NCBI GenBank assembly: GCA_046052125.1
Contig: JBJOMY010000001.1
Location: forward strand, 192,001 to 256,000
DNA length: 64,000 nt
Source: Cyanobacteriota bacterium
GTDB lineage: Bacteria; Cyanobacteriota; Cyanobacteriia; PCC-6307; Cyanobiaceae
Reading direction: 5' to 3'
The notes beneath the pieces are model-generated. The model made no database searches and was not told the DNA's origin. It saw only the letters and a program-made list of their open reading frames with translations. Of this stretch, positions 38,548 to 48,555 are shown in pieces (the stretch's first letter is position 1; each line of letters begins with the position of its first letter). The translations under genes and the position numbers were made by a program.

Positions 38548-41193
38548 GTGAGCGAGAGCAGCCGCTACCAACCCCAGGCGATCGAGACCGGCTGGCAACG
38601 GGCCTGGCGAGAGAACGGCCTGCATGACACGCCGGAGCTGAAGCCCGGCGACGACGCTTTTTACGCCCTGTCGATGTTCCCCTATCCCTCGGGGAACCTG
38701 CACATGGGCCATGTGCGCAACTACGTGATCACCGATGTGGTGGCGCGGGTGCAGCGGCTGCGCGGCAAACAGGTGTTGCATCCGATGGGCTGGGACGCTT
38801 TCGGCCTGCCGGCGGAGAACGCGGCGATCGAGCGCGGTGTCGACCCCGGCGCCTGGACCGACCAAAACATCGCCTCGATGCGCGAGCAGCTCAACCAGCT
38901 GGGGCTCTCCATCGATTGGGATCGCGAGGTGGCCACCTGCCACGGCGATTACTACCGCTGGACCCAGTGGCTGTTCCTGCAGTTCCTGGAGTCAGGGCTG
39001 GCGTATCAGAAGGACGCCACGGTCAACTGGGATCCGATCGATCAGACCGTGCTCGCCAATGAGCAGGTGGATAGCGAGGGGCGCTCCTGGCGCTCCGGCG
39101 CCCTGGTGGAGAAACGCAAGCTGCGCCAGTGGTTCCTAAAGATCACCGACTACGCCCAGCAACTGCTCGACGACCTGAGCAAGCTCGAGGGCTGGCCGGA
39201 GCGGGTGCGCACGATGCAGGCCAACTGGATCGGCCGCAGCACCGGCGCCGAACTGCAGTTCACCGTGGTCGACGCAGCCGGCAACGACACAGCCGAGCGC
39301 ATCACCGTGTTCACCACCCGGCCGGACACGATCTTTGGCGCCTCCTATGTGGTGCTGGCACCGGAGCATCCGCTGGTGGCGCAGCTCACCACGGCTGACC
39401 AGGAGATTGCGGTGGAGGCGTTCTGCGATCTGGTGTCGCGCCAGAGCGAGCAGGAGCGCACCGCGGAGGACAAGCCCAAGCGCGGCGTTGCCATCGGCGC
39501 CCAGGTGCGCAACCCCGCCAACGGCGAGCTGATTCCGATCTGGATCGCCGACTACGTGCTCGCCGACTACGGCACCGGCGCCGTGATGGGGGTTCCCGCC
39601 CACGACCAGCGCGATTTTCTGTTCGCCCGCCAGTACGAGTTGCCGGTGCAGCAGGTGATCATTCCGGAGGGCAGCGATGAGCACGCCTTTGAAGGCGGCG
39701 CCTGGACCGAAGCCGGTGTGCTGGTCCACTCCGGCCGCTTCGATGGGCTCCCCAGCGGCGAGGCCAAGCAGGCGATCACCGCCGCCGCAGAAGCCGAGGG
39801 CTGGGGCCGCGAGAAGGTGCAGTTCCGTCTGCGCGACTGGCTGATCTCGCGCCAGCGCTACTGGGGCTGCCCGATCCCGGTGATCCACTGCGATAGCTGC
39901 GGCGTGGTGCCCGTGCCCGCCGATCAGCTGCCGGTGGAACTGCCCCGCGATGTGGCGTTCAGCGGCAAAGGCGGTTCACCCCTGGCACAGCTGGAGAGCT
40001 GGGTGACTGTGAACTGCCCCTGCTGCGGCAAGCCCGCCAAGCGGGAGACCGACACCATGGACACGTTCATGTGCTCCAGCTGGTACTACCTGCGCTATAG
40101 CGACGCCAGCAACACCAGCTTGCCCTTCAGCAAGGAGGCGGTGAACAACTGGCTTCCTGTGGATCAATACGTGGGCGGCATTGAGCACGCGATCCTGCAC
40201 CTGCTCTACTCGCGCTTCTTCACCAAGGTGCTGCGCGATCGCGGGCTGCTCAGCTTCGACGAACCCTTCACCCGTCTGCTCACCCAGGGGATGGTGCAGG
40301 GCATCACCTACAAGAACCCCCACACCGGTAAATACATCGCTCCGGCGGATGTCGCCGACCCCACCGATCCGCACGATCCAGCCACTGGCGACGTGCTGGA
40401 GACGTTCTACGAAAAGATGTCGAAGTCGAAATACAACGGCGTGGATCCCGCCGTTGTGATCGACAAGTACGGCGCCGACACGGCCCGGATGTTCATCCTG
40501 TTCAAGGCCCCCCCGGAAAAGGATCTCGAGTGGGACGACGCGGATGTGGAAGGCCAATTTCGCTTCCTGCAGCGGATCTGGCGCCTGGTGGATAGCGCCA
40601 GTGAACGCGGCCTAAGCTTGGCCGCGGGAACCGGTGGACCCGAGGCGGTGGCCCAGGCCCTGGCCGCCGGATCGCTGAACCCTGCCGAACAGGAGCTGCG
40701 CCGGGCGGTGCACACGGCCATCACCGAGATCAGCGACGACCTCGATGGCGACTACCAGTTCAATACCGCCGTGTCGGAGCTGATGAAGCTCAGCAACGCC
40801 ATGGGCACGCATCTCGAGGGCAGCGCTGATGTGTTCGCCTGCGAAGCCCTGCGCACACTGCTGATCCTGCTCGCCCCATTTGCTCCGCACCTGGCGGAGG
40901 AGCTCTGGCTGAAACTCGGCGGCCGCAACGCCGGCGATGCCCTGGCCGGCAGCAGCATCCACGCCCAGCGCTGGCCCAGCGCCGATGCCACGGCCCTGGT
41001 GCGCGACACCGTGCCGCTGGTGATTCAGATCAAGGGCAAGGTGCGCGGAAACCTTGAAGTGCCCGCCGATGCCGACAAGGCCACCCTGGAAAAGTTGGCT
41101 CTCGAGAGCGACATCGCCGCCAAGTGGCTGGAGGGCAAAGCCCCCAGCCGCGTGATCGTGGTGCCGGGCAAGCTCGTGAACCTGGTGCCCTGA
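38548..41193 (+). CDS. leuS: Leucine-tRNA ligase
   Basis: MFPYPSG-x-[33 protein letters not shown]. Confidence 0.98.
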   Translation: MSESSRYQPQAIETGWQRAWRENGLHDTPELKPGDDAFYALSMFPYPSGNLHMGHVRNYVITDVVARVQRLRGKQVLHPMGWDAFGLPAENAAIERGVDPGAWTDQNIASMREQLNQLGLSIDWDREVATCHGDYYRWTQWLFLQFLESGLAYQKDATVNWDPIDQTVLANEQVDSEGRSWRSGALVEKRKLRQWFLKITDYAQQLLDDLSKLEGWPERVRTMQANWIGRSTGAELQFTVVDAAGNDTAERITVFTTRPDTIFGASYVVLAPEHPLVAQLTTADQEIAVEAFCDLVSRQSEQERTAEDKPKRGVAIGAQVRNPANGELIPIWIADYVLADYGTGAVMGVPAHDQRDFLFARQYELPVQQVIIPEGSDEHAFEGGAWTEAGVLVHSGRFDGLPSGEAKQAITAAAEAEGWGREKVQFRLRDWLISRQRYWGCPIPVIHCDSCGVVPVPADQLPVELPRDVAFSGKGGSPLAQLESWVTVNCPCCGKPAKRETDTMDTFMCSSWYYLRYSDASNTSLPFSKEAVNNWLPVDQYVGGIEHAILHLLYSRFFTKVLRDRGLLSFDEPFTRLLTQGMVQGITYKNPHTGKYIAPADVADPTDPHDPATGDVLETFYEKMSKSKYNGVDPAVVIDKYGADTARMFILFKAPPEKDLEWDDADVEGQFRFLQRIWRLVDSASERGLSLAAGTGGPEAVAQALAAGSLNPAEQELRRAVHTAITEISDDLDGDYQFNTAVSELMKLSNAMGTHLEGSADVFACEALRTLLILLAPFAPHLAEELWLKLGGRNAGDALAGSSIHAQRWPSADATALVRDTVPLVIQIKGKVRGNLEVPADADKATLEKLALESDIAAKWLEGKAPSRVIVVPGKLVNLVP

Positions 41194-41202
41194 GGCAGGG
41201 CC

Positions 41203-42807
41203 TCAGTCGTGGGTGAACACCAGCGATTCGGGCTTGCCCCAATCGCCGCGCGCATCAATGTGGCGGCGGTTGGCGCAGAGGTGGCGCAGGATCCAATAGA
41301 GCGGCTCGGCTGACGGCAGGCCCATCAACTCCTGCAGCTCCGCCAGGGTGTGCTCACGTTTGTGCCCCATCGCCTGCTCGAGGCGGGCCTGCAGATCGAG
41401 CAGGGCAGCGGCGGCTTTCTTGCCAGCCTCCACGCCGGGCTGGTGGTAGGCATTCACGTTCACCAGCTCGCCGTAGTAGCCCACGGCGCGCTCAAACAAG
41501 GCGATCAAGGCGCCGAGGCTGCGGGCGTCCAACTTCTGCATCGTGATGCTGAGGTTGAATCGGCCTTCGTCGGTAAGGGCTGAGCGGGTGCCCTGCAGGA
41601 AGCCATCGAGGAAGTCACCAGGGTTCTCGCCTTCCAAAGGCGGGATATCGCCGGGGTCTTCGAGCACCTCGATGAAGGTCACGAAGTAGTTGTCCACGCC
41701 ATCGCGCAGTTGTTGCACGTAGGCGTGCTGGTCAGTGGAGCCCTTGTTGCCGTACACGGCAATGCCCTGGTGCACCAGGTTGCCGTCGCGATCGAGCTTC
41801 TTGCCGAGGCTCTCCATCACCAGCTGCTGGAGGTAGCGGCTGAACACCTCGAGGCGATCCCGGTAGGGGAGCACCACCATGTCGCGCTGGCCTTTGCCAC
41901 CACCAGCGTTGTACCAGGCGGCTGCCAGTAGGGCGGCCGGGTTGCTGTCGAGGGTTGTCGCCGAGCGGGTCACCTGATCCATCTCGCCGGCACCGGCCAG
42001 GAAGGCGCGGATGTCGGAGCCGATCAACACGCCGGGGAGCAGGCCAACGGCGCTGGTGATGCTGGTGCGGCCGCCCACCCAATCGAACATGTCGAAGCGG
42101 GCCAGCCAGTCGCCCTGCTGGGCATCCGTGTCGAGGCGGCTACCGAGCATGGTCACGGCCACGGCCTGTTTGATCCAGGTGCCACCGGCGGCCTCCACAG
42201 CGCGGCGGGCCTGAAGCATGCCGATGTGAGGCTCCGGTGTACCGCCGGACTTGCTCACCACGATCACAAGAGTGGTTTTGAGCCGCTCACCCAGGGAGGC
42301 GAGGGTGCGGCGCATGCCGTCGGGGTCGACGTTGTCGAAAAAGTGGAAGGGCAGGCCGGCACCGGGATCCTGCAGGGCGCGGATCATCAGCAGGGGGCCC
42401 AGACCAGAGCCGCCGATGCCGATCCAGAGCACGTCGGTGAAGCGGGTACCGCTGGAGGGCCCGATCGAGCCGTTCAGCACATCGCGGCCGAAGGATTCGA
42501 TGCGATCAATCTCCGCCTGGATGTGCGCACCGCTGGCCGGATCTGGCGCCAGCTGGGGATTGCGCAGCCAGTAATGGCCCACCTGACGCTGTTCATCGGC
42601 GTTCGCGATGGCACCGGCTTCCAGATCGGCCATGGCCTTGAAGGCCTTCTCGAAGCGTGGCCGCAGGCTGCTGAGCACCGACTCATCGAGCCCCATCCGA
42701 CTGACGTCGAGCCAAAAGCCGAGACTGGAGTCGTGCCAGAGCAGAGAACAGAACCGCTGCCACTGGCTGTTGGCGTCAACGCCGGGAGCGGAAGCGGTGG
42801 GAGTCAT
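41203..42807 (-). CDS. pgi: Glucose-6-phosphate isomerase
   Basis: IGIGGS, SKSGGT, DWVGGRTS, QQLVMESLGK, GSTDQHAY, QPGVEAGK. Confidence 0.97.
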   Translation of the reverse strand: MTPTASAPGVDANSQWQRFCSLLWHDSSLGFWLDVSRMGLDESVLSSLRPRFEKAFKAMADLEAGAIANADEQRQVGHYWLRNPQLAPDPASGAHIQAEIDRIESFGRDVLNGSIGPSSGTRFTDVLWIGIGGSGLGPLLMIRALQDPGAGLPFHFFDNVDPDGMRRTLASLGERLKTTLVIVVSKSGGTPEPHIGMLQARRAVEAAGGTWIKQAVAVTMLGSRLDTDAQQGDWLARFDMFDWVGGRTSITSAVGLLPGVLIGSDIRAFLAGAGEMDQVTRSATTLDSNPAALLAAAWYNAGGGKGQRDMVVLPYRDRLEVFSRYLQQLVMESLGKKLDRDGNLVHQGIAVYGNKGSTDQHAYVQQLRDGVDNYFVTFIEVLEDPGDIPPLEGENPGDFLDGFLQGTRSALTDEGRFNLSITMQKLDARSLGALIALFERAVGYYGELVNVNAYHQPGVEAGKKAAAALLDLQARLEQAMGHKREHTLAELQELMGLPSAEPLYWILRHLCANRRHIDARGDWGKPESLVFTHD

Positions 42808-42975
42808 CAGGAGGCCAGATCGAGCGGGCGCAAAGCGAACCTATCTGTGAAATCCCAGTTGGCAAAGCCTTTTTGAGGTCGAGCCCGAGAAATCGCAAGA
42901 CTGATGCGCGACTGTGTGGACAAGAACACAGCTGCACCCTGATCCATCCTTCGAATTGAGCAAGCTTCGTAAGAT

Positions 42976-43791
42976 TTGGTTAATCCGGTGACACCCCTGG
43001 GTCGCGCCACCAGCTACCGCAGCTCTCGCACGGCACTCTGGGCTGGTGTAGTGGGGCTCGGCCTGCTTGCCCTTGGGGGGATCGACTGGTCACACCTGGA
43101 TCAGGGTCGCTCGAGAGCCCAGGCCAATTTTTCGGGCCGAGCCGAACCCGATCCCACCACCTTCACGGCCAGCGAACTTCAGGAGCTCCAGCGGCGCTTC
43201 GGAGTACATGGCCCGCAACCCAAGCTCGCGCAGCTGTTCACCCGTGGGGTGGATCAGCTCTCGCCGCTGCGCAACCACACGGTGACCCGGCTCGAATCGC
43301 TGCGCCCGGCGGTGCTTCGCGAAAGCCGCCGCACCGGCATCAACCCCATGCTCTTGGCGGCGATTCTCTTTGATGAGATGCAGCACGCCAAACCGGGAGA
43401 GGACCTCCCCCTGGCGGCCCACTCCGGCCTGTTCAGCACCCATGGCCCCGCCCAGCTCGGCCTGAGCGAAATGGTGAAGCAGGGTTTGCTGCGGGACGAT
43501 GCCACCCCCGAAGAATTGGCCGAGGCGCGCAATCAGCTCCTGGATCCCGAGCGCAATGTGCAGCTCCTCGCCGGAAAGATGGCACGCATCCTGAAGGTGC
43601 TCGAGCAGTCGCCGGCGTCAACCTTCAACGTGAGCCAGAGCCGCAGCCGCGCCAAAACCGTGGCCACCCTGGCCTATTTACACAACGGCAAGCTCGACTA
43701 CCCCGCCCGGATCCTGCGCTACATGCAAGACCCTGAGCTGCATGGCTTGCTGTATGGCGTCCCCAGCAAACCCAGGCTGTCGTTCATCTGA
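42976..43791 (+). CDS. Membrane-anchored protein with lysozyme/lytic-transglycosylase-like motifs
   Basis: N-terminal TM helix; GINPMLLAAILFDE, GPAQL, LLDPERNV, YLHNG; start uncertain. Confidence 0.65.
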   Translation: MVNPVTPLGRATSYRSSRTALWAGVVGLGLLALGGIDWSHLDQGRSRAQANFSGRAEPDPTTFTASELQELQRRFGVHGPQPKLAQLFTRGVDQLSPLRNHTVTRLESLRPAVLRESRRTGINPMLLAAILFDEMQHAKPGEDLPLAAHSGLFSTHGPAQLGLSEMVKQGLLRDDATPEELAEARNQLLDPERNVQLLAGKMARILKVLEQSPASTFNVSQSRSRAKTVATLAYLHNGKLDYPARILRYMQDPELHGLLYGVPSKPRLSFI

Positions 43792-43807
43792 GCGCCGCGC
43801 TCAGCGA

Positions 43808-44650
43808 TCAGCACAAAGCCCCGAGCGCAGCCAGCCGCACCTGCAGGGCCTGCCAATCGAAACTGCGGGGATCCGCCCGCGCAGCACCCAGATCGATGTG
43901 GCGGTGGGTGGTGATGTGATTGAAGGGAATGCGGTAACGCTTCATCCAATCGGCGAGCACCACGGCAAGCCCGTCGTATTGCTGCGCTGAATAGCCGCTA
44001 TGGCCCGCCTCAGCATCCTCACCATCGAGGGGGGTTTCAAGGCTCACATGCAAGGCGAAATTGTTCACCGAACCGGACATCTGCGGGTTGGTTACCACCC
44101 AGCGACCATCAAACGCTGAATAGCCGGCACCGAAGGCACGCTTGCTGGGATCGAGGGTCTGCACCAGCTGGCCCCGCTCGCCAATCAACAGGTGGTAGCT
44201 CGCCTGGTCGTCGTCGTGGGGATGGTGGGTGGTGAAGGTGTTGATGGCCGATCCGATGCCGTACACGGTTTCGTGCAACACCACCAGCGACGGCGTGGTG
44301 TCGAGTGAATTGCCGAACGCATCGCGCCGAATGCGCTCGCCGTAATTGCTGGGATCGATCGTCACCTTCTGCAGCTGAGCCGGCAACGAACGCCGCAGCT
44401 TCTGCAGTCGATCCACCAGGGCACGGTCATTCACGGAGCATTGCGGCGAGAGCGGACTCTCCCAGGCGGCTTGATCCGGTGGGGCCGGAGTCTGTGGTCG
44501 TTGCGGCAGCCCGGGGATCGTCAGCGTGAGCGGTTCGCGGCCACTGTGCAGGGCCACGGCGGTGAGCGCCACCGAGGCAACGGCTCCCAACAGCGCGCCA
44601 GGCCACCAAGCGTGCCGCTCAGCTCCGGAACCAAAGAACGGCCGCACCAT
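43808..44650 (-). CDS. N-acetylmuramoyl-L-alanine amidase (Amidase_2/PGRP type)
   Basis: VVLHET, SYHLLI, RAFGAG, HVSLET, TTHR...DP; N-terminal TM helix. Confidence 0.85.
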   Translation of the reverse strand: MVRPFFGSGAERHAWWPGALLGAVASVALTAVALHSGREPLTLTIPGLPQRPQTPAPPDQAAWESPLSPQCSVNDRALVDRLQKLRRSLPAQLQKVTIDPSNYGERIRRDAFGNSLDTTPSLVVLHETVYGIGSAINTFTTHHPHDDDQASYHLLIGERGQLVQTLDPSKRAFGAGYSAFDGRWVVTNPQMSGSVNNFALHVSLETPLDGEDAEAGHSGYSAQQYDGLAVVLADWMKRYRIPFNHITTHRHIDLGAARADPRSFDWQALQVRLAALGALC

Positions 44651-46377
44651 CAGGCCACGCCCGCCGGCTGCTGCTGCAGCCAGAGCCGCTGGCGCTCGAG
44701 CAGCGCAGGGCTGACAGCAGGGTTGCGCTTGAGCAGGTAGCGCTCCACCTGCGGAGGAGCGCAGGAGAGGTTGAGGCGGCGCAGCTGGGAGCGGCGGCTG
44801 ATCAGCAACTCCTGGGAGCCATCGGCGCGCAGCACAGTCTGGAGATCCTCAGGGCGCCGCAACCGCTGACCATCAATGGCCAGCAGCTCATCGCCCACCA
44901 TCAGGCCCGCCTGCTCCGCCGGTCCGCCACGCACCACCCGATACGCCATGAGCAGCCCCGCTTCTGCGCGTGCGCTCAGCCCCGCCCATGGCGCCGTGGC
45001 CATCTCCGCCTCCAACTGCAAACCGATACCCGATAAGTAGCTATCGAGATCGGGATCGTCGAGCTCCTGCAACCAACGGGGCAGCAATAACTCCAGATCA
45101 GCAGCCTCGCTGGCAAACGCCTGCACCAGATCCGCTTCGCTGTAACCCCGGCCCCACTGGCCATGGCTACCCCATAGCCCGCGCAGCACCTGCATCAGCG
45201 AGCTGCCCTGTTGGCGCAGGTGCAGATCCAGACACAGCGCCACCACCGCCCCCTTGAGGTAATAGCTCACCTGGCTATCTGGCGCGTAGGCATCGGCTTT
45301 GTAGAGCTTCACCCAGGCCTCCTGGCTGCTGTCGCGCAGGCTCTGCACGTGGCGGCCAGGCGTGAGCCGGTAGCGGCTGAGGTCTTCGCCCAGATCGCTC
45401 AGCAAATCGTCGGGCTCACTGAGGCCGGCGCTCAGCGGCAGGAATTGATCGAGATAGCTGGTGACCCCCTCGGCAAACCAGAGGCTCGGCACCACCGGCG
45501 GGCGGTGGTAGTCGATCGGCGTGAGTTCAGCGGGCCGCAGCCGGCGCACATTCCACTGATGCAGGTATTCATGGGCCACCAGCTGCAGGAAGCGGCGGTA
45601 GCCGTTGGCCTTCTCGAGATTGCGCCGTCCGTAGACGAGCACCGTGCTGTCGTCGTGCTCCAGGCCGCCGTAGGCCTCATCCAACAAATGCAGCACCACC
45701 AGATAGTTCGAGGAGGCGGGTCGCTCCACGCCCATCAGCTGGCAACAGGCCTCACACACCTTCCGCAGATCGTCGAGCAGCTGGGGATGGCGCTGCAGCA
45801 ACCAGGCCTCATCGCCCGGCGTCCCCGCCCAGATCACCAGGCGATGGGGCACACCGAGCACGCTGAAGTCGAGCGCGCGGTGTGGGCCCGCCTCAAACGG
45901 AGAGTCGAGAAGCTGATCAAAATTCCTGGCTTGCCAGGCATCGCCAGAGCGCGGCAGGGGAACAAAGGCCTGCCAACCCGCCGGCAGGGTGCAGCGGAGC
46001 TGATGAGGCGCCCAACGCTCCCCCTCCAGCTCCAGCACCACGGCCGCCAGAGCCAGAAAGCCATGGTCTTGATCGAGATGGCAGGTGCGCACCGAGAGTT
46101 CGGTGGCATGCACCCGGTAACGGATCAGCAGGGAGGCGCCGCCCGGGTCGCAGCTCACCTGCCAGGCGGCGGGCGCCACGCGGGTCAACGCCAGTGGCTC
46201 GCTGCCCTGCGTCACCTGCAGGGATTCCAGCTGGCGCACGTAGTCGCGCATCAGGTACGACCCCGGCGTCCAGCCAGGCAAGACCAGGCGCATCGATGGC
46301 AGCCGCGGCTGCACCCGGATCTCAACCGCCACCAGGTGCTGCTGCGGATCGCTCAGATCAAGGTGGACCTGAACCAC
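44650..46377 (-). CDS. M61 family metallopeptidase with PDZ domain
   Basis: WTPGSY, GGLEH, HEYLH (HExxH), WFAEGVTSY, SYYLKG, GPAEQAGL-x2-GD. Confidence 0.93.
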   Translation of the reverse strand: MVQVHLDLSDPQQHLVAVEIRVQPRLPSMRLVLPGWTPGSYLMRDYVRQLESLQVTQGSEPLALTRVAPAAWQVSCDPGGASLLIRYRVHATELSVRTCHLDQDHGFLALAAVVLELEGERWAPHQLRCTLPAGWQAFVPLPRSGDAWQARNFDQLLDSPFEAGPHRALDFSVLGVPHRLVIWAGTPGDEAWLLQRHPQLLDDLRKVCEACCQLMGVERPASSNYLVVLHLLDEAYGGLEHDDSTVLVYGRRNLEKANGYRRFLQLVAHEYLHQWNVRRLRPAELTPIDYHRPPVVPSLWFAEGVTSYLDQFLPLSAGLSEPDDLLSDLGEDLSRYRLTPGRHVQSLRDSSQEAWVKLYKADAYAPDSQVSYYLKGAVVALCLDLHLRQQGSSLMQVLRGLWGSHGQWGRGYSEADLVQAFASEAADLELLLPRWLQELDDPDLDSYLSGIGLQLEAEMATAPWAGLSARAEAGLLMAYRVVRGGPAEQAGLMVGDELLAIDGQRLRRPEDLQTVLRADGSQELLISRRSQLRRLNLSCAPPQVERYLLKRNPAVSPALLERQRLWLQQQPAGVA

Positions 46378-46382
46378 AGAGA

Positions 46383-46739
46383 TCAGGGCTGAAGGCCCGA
46401 AGCGAGCTCAGCCGAAACCATCGGCAAATCAGTGGCGAGAGCACGCAAGGCCTGGTGGGCCGCGTAGCGCCGGGTGATCTCACCGATCAGTTGCTGCAGG
46501 GAGTGGGAGCGCCCGAGCCGCTGCAGATCGCCCACGAGCGCCAGCTGGCCACTGGCTTCGCGGCGCCAGCCCAGCCAGGTGCCTTCCGGCAGCTGGGCCC
46601 GCAGGCTCACCGCCTCACGCTGATCAGCAAAACCCCTGAGATAACCACCACGCTTAACCGTCAGGGACAGGTCCTCAAGCGCCTGAACCAACACCTCTTC
46701 CTCGCGGAGCACGGTTGGCAGGATGGAGAGATGGGACAT
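46383..46739 (-). CDS. DUF1257 / Ycf35-like protein
   Basis: MSHLSILPT-x-L...LVQALEDL...GW...LVGD...ITRRYA. Confidence 0.8.
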   Translation of the reverse strand: MSHLSILPTVLREEEVLVQALEDLSLTVKRGGYLRGFADQREAVSLRAQLPEGTWLGWRREASGQLALVGDLQRLGRSHSLQQLIGEITRRYAAHQALRALATDLPMVSAELASGLQP

Positions 46740-47423
46740 GGCCCTACACCCGATGTGCTCAACCCTAGCGAGCACAACCTGGCGATCCAGTGGCCATTGC
46801 CACAGGATTTCAGCCCTGGCGAGCGCCGCCTGCTGCGTCTGGGAGTGTTGGCCTCCGGCTCAGGCAGCAACTTCGAGGCCTTGGCTCTGGCCTGCCAGCG
46901 CGGCGAGCTCGCAGCGGACCTGAGCCTGCTGGTGGTGAACAACCCCGGCTGCGGCGCCCAGCAGCGGGCCGAGCGGCTTGGGATCTCCGTGACGCTGCAC
47001 GACCACCGGAGCTACGAAAGCCGAGAGGCCCTGGATCAGGCCCTGATCAACAGCTTCCGCCAGGCCGATGTGGATCTGGTGGTGATGGCGGGCTGGATGA
47101 GGATCGTCACCCAGGAGCTCATCGATGCCTTCCCCGAACGGCTGCTGAACATTCACCCCTCGCTCCTGCCCAGCTTCCGCGGTGCTCGGGCGATCGAGCA
47201 GGCGCTTGCGGCGGGCGTCACGCTCACCGGCTGCACGGCCCACCTGGTGAGCCTCGAGGTGGACACAGGACCGATCCTGATTCAGGCCGCTGTGCCTGTG
47301 CTGGCCAGCGACAGCGTGGAGAGCCTGGCCGGCCGCATCCACCGCCAGGAACACCGCATCCTTCCCCAGGCCGTGCAGTTAGCTGCACAGCGCCTGGGGC
47401 TGCTCCACCGCGATCAGGGATAG
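46731..47423 (+). CDS. purN: Phosphoribosylglycinamide formyltransferase
   Basis: LASGSGSN, MAGWMRI, NIHPSLLPSF, GCTAHLV, DTGPI, EH; start uncertain (ATG 46731 or GTG 46755). Confidence 0.93.
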   Translation: MGHGPTPDVLNPSEHNLAIQWPLPQDFSPGERRLLRLGVLASGSGSNFEALALACQRGELAADLSLLVVNNPGCGAQQRAERLGISVTLHDHRSYESREALDQALINSFRQADVDLVVMAGWMRIVTQELIDAFPERLLNIHPSLLPSFRGARAIEQALAAGVTLTGCTAHLVSLEVDTGPILIQAAVPVLASDSVESLAGRIHRQEHRILPQAVQLAAQRLGLLHRDQG

Positions 47424-48478
47424 AAGGGCAGCAGCGGCAGGCCGGTTTCAGCCGGAAGCCCGGCCATCAGGTTCAGGCACTGCACGCCCTGGCCGGCCTG
47501 ACCCTTGACCATGTTGTCGATCGCGCTCATCACGATCAGCTGGCCGGTGCGGCCATCCACCTGCACCGACAGCAGCGCCCGATTGGTCTGGCGCACCCAC
47601 TTAGTGGAGGGATAGGTACCCACGGGCAGCACCTGCACGCAGGGGGCATGGCGATAGGCGGCCTCCAGCAGGGTGGTGATGTCTTCAGCGGTGAGGCCGG
47701 GATCGCGCAGGCGGCCGTACACCGTGGCCAGCAAGCCGCGCACCATCGGGATGAGATGGGGCGTGAACTGCAACTGAATCGCGCGCCCCGAAGCGCGGCT
47801 GCAGAGCTGTTCGATCTCGCTGGTGTGGCGGTGGCCCACCACGCCGTAGGGCATCACACCTTCTGAGGCCTCGGCCAGAAGCAGGTGTTCCTTGGCCGCA
47901 CGGCCACCGCCGCTGGTGCCGGTTTTCGCATCGATCACGATGCCACTGGTTTCGATCAGGCCCTGCTTGAGCAGGGGCGTGAGCGCCAGCAGGCTGGCGG
48001 TGGGGAAACAGCCGGGGGCTGCCACCAGCCTGGCCGCCGCGATCCGCTCCGCCTCCCACTCCACCAGGCCATACACCGCCTCAGCGCAGAGATCGGCATC
48101 CGTGCGGGGGAAGGAGCGCGCCTCGGAGGCGTACACCTCTTTCCACTGGTCGAGGGAGCTGTAGCGGTAGTCGGCGGAGAGATCCACCACCTTCACGCCG
48201 CGCTCCAGCAGCGGAGGCACGAGGGTGGAAGCCAGTCCATTGGGCAGACTCAGCACCGCCAGATCAGCCGCCGCCGCAATCGCTTCGGGATCGGGGCTCT
48301 GCACCACCGGATCACCGGGCAGGGGCAGGAAGGGGGTGAGTTCGCTCCAGCGCTTGCCGCTGCTGCGCTCACCCCCGAGGAAGGACACCTCGAGTTCGGG
48401 ATGCCCCTGGAGCAGGCGCAGGGTCTGCAATCCGCCGTACCCAGAGGCGCCGATCACCGCAACGCGCTTGCTGGCCAT
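47414..48478 (-). CDS. argC: N-acetyl-gamma-glutamyl-phosphate reductase
   Basis: GASGYGG, DLSADYR, PGCFPT, SGGGR, HRHTSEI, DNMVKGQAGQ. Confidence 0.96.
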   Translation of the reverse strand: MASKRVAVIGASGYGGLQTLRLLQGHPELEVSFLGGERSSGKRWSELTPFLPLPGDPVVQSPDPEAIAAAADLAVLSLPNGLASTLVPPLLERGVKVVDLSADYRYSSLDQWKEVYASEARSFPRTDADLCAEAVYGLVEWEAERIAAARLVAAPGCFPTASLLALTPLLKQGLIETSGIVIDAKTGTSGGGRAAKEHLLLAEASEGVMPYGVVGHRHTSEIEQLCSRASGRAIQLQFTPHLIPMVRGLLATVYGRLRDPGLTAEDITTLLEAAYRHAPCVQVLPVGTYPSTKWVRQTNRALLSVQVDGRTGQLIVMSAIDNMVKGQAGQGVQCLNLMAGLPAETGLPLLPFYP

Positions 48479-48555
48479 GGCGGAACTACCGGAACGCCAG
48501 ATCGTACCGGGCTCTATAAAAGTGTCTGCCACCGAGGCCTTGAGGCCAGCCGCCC

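Noticed and set aside
45882..46730. Apparent 283 aa N-terminal extension of purN
   Set aside because: Overlaps two real minus-strand genes; artefact of taking the longest ORF
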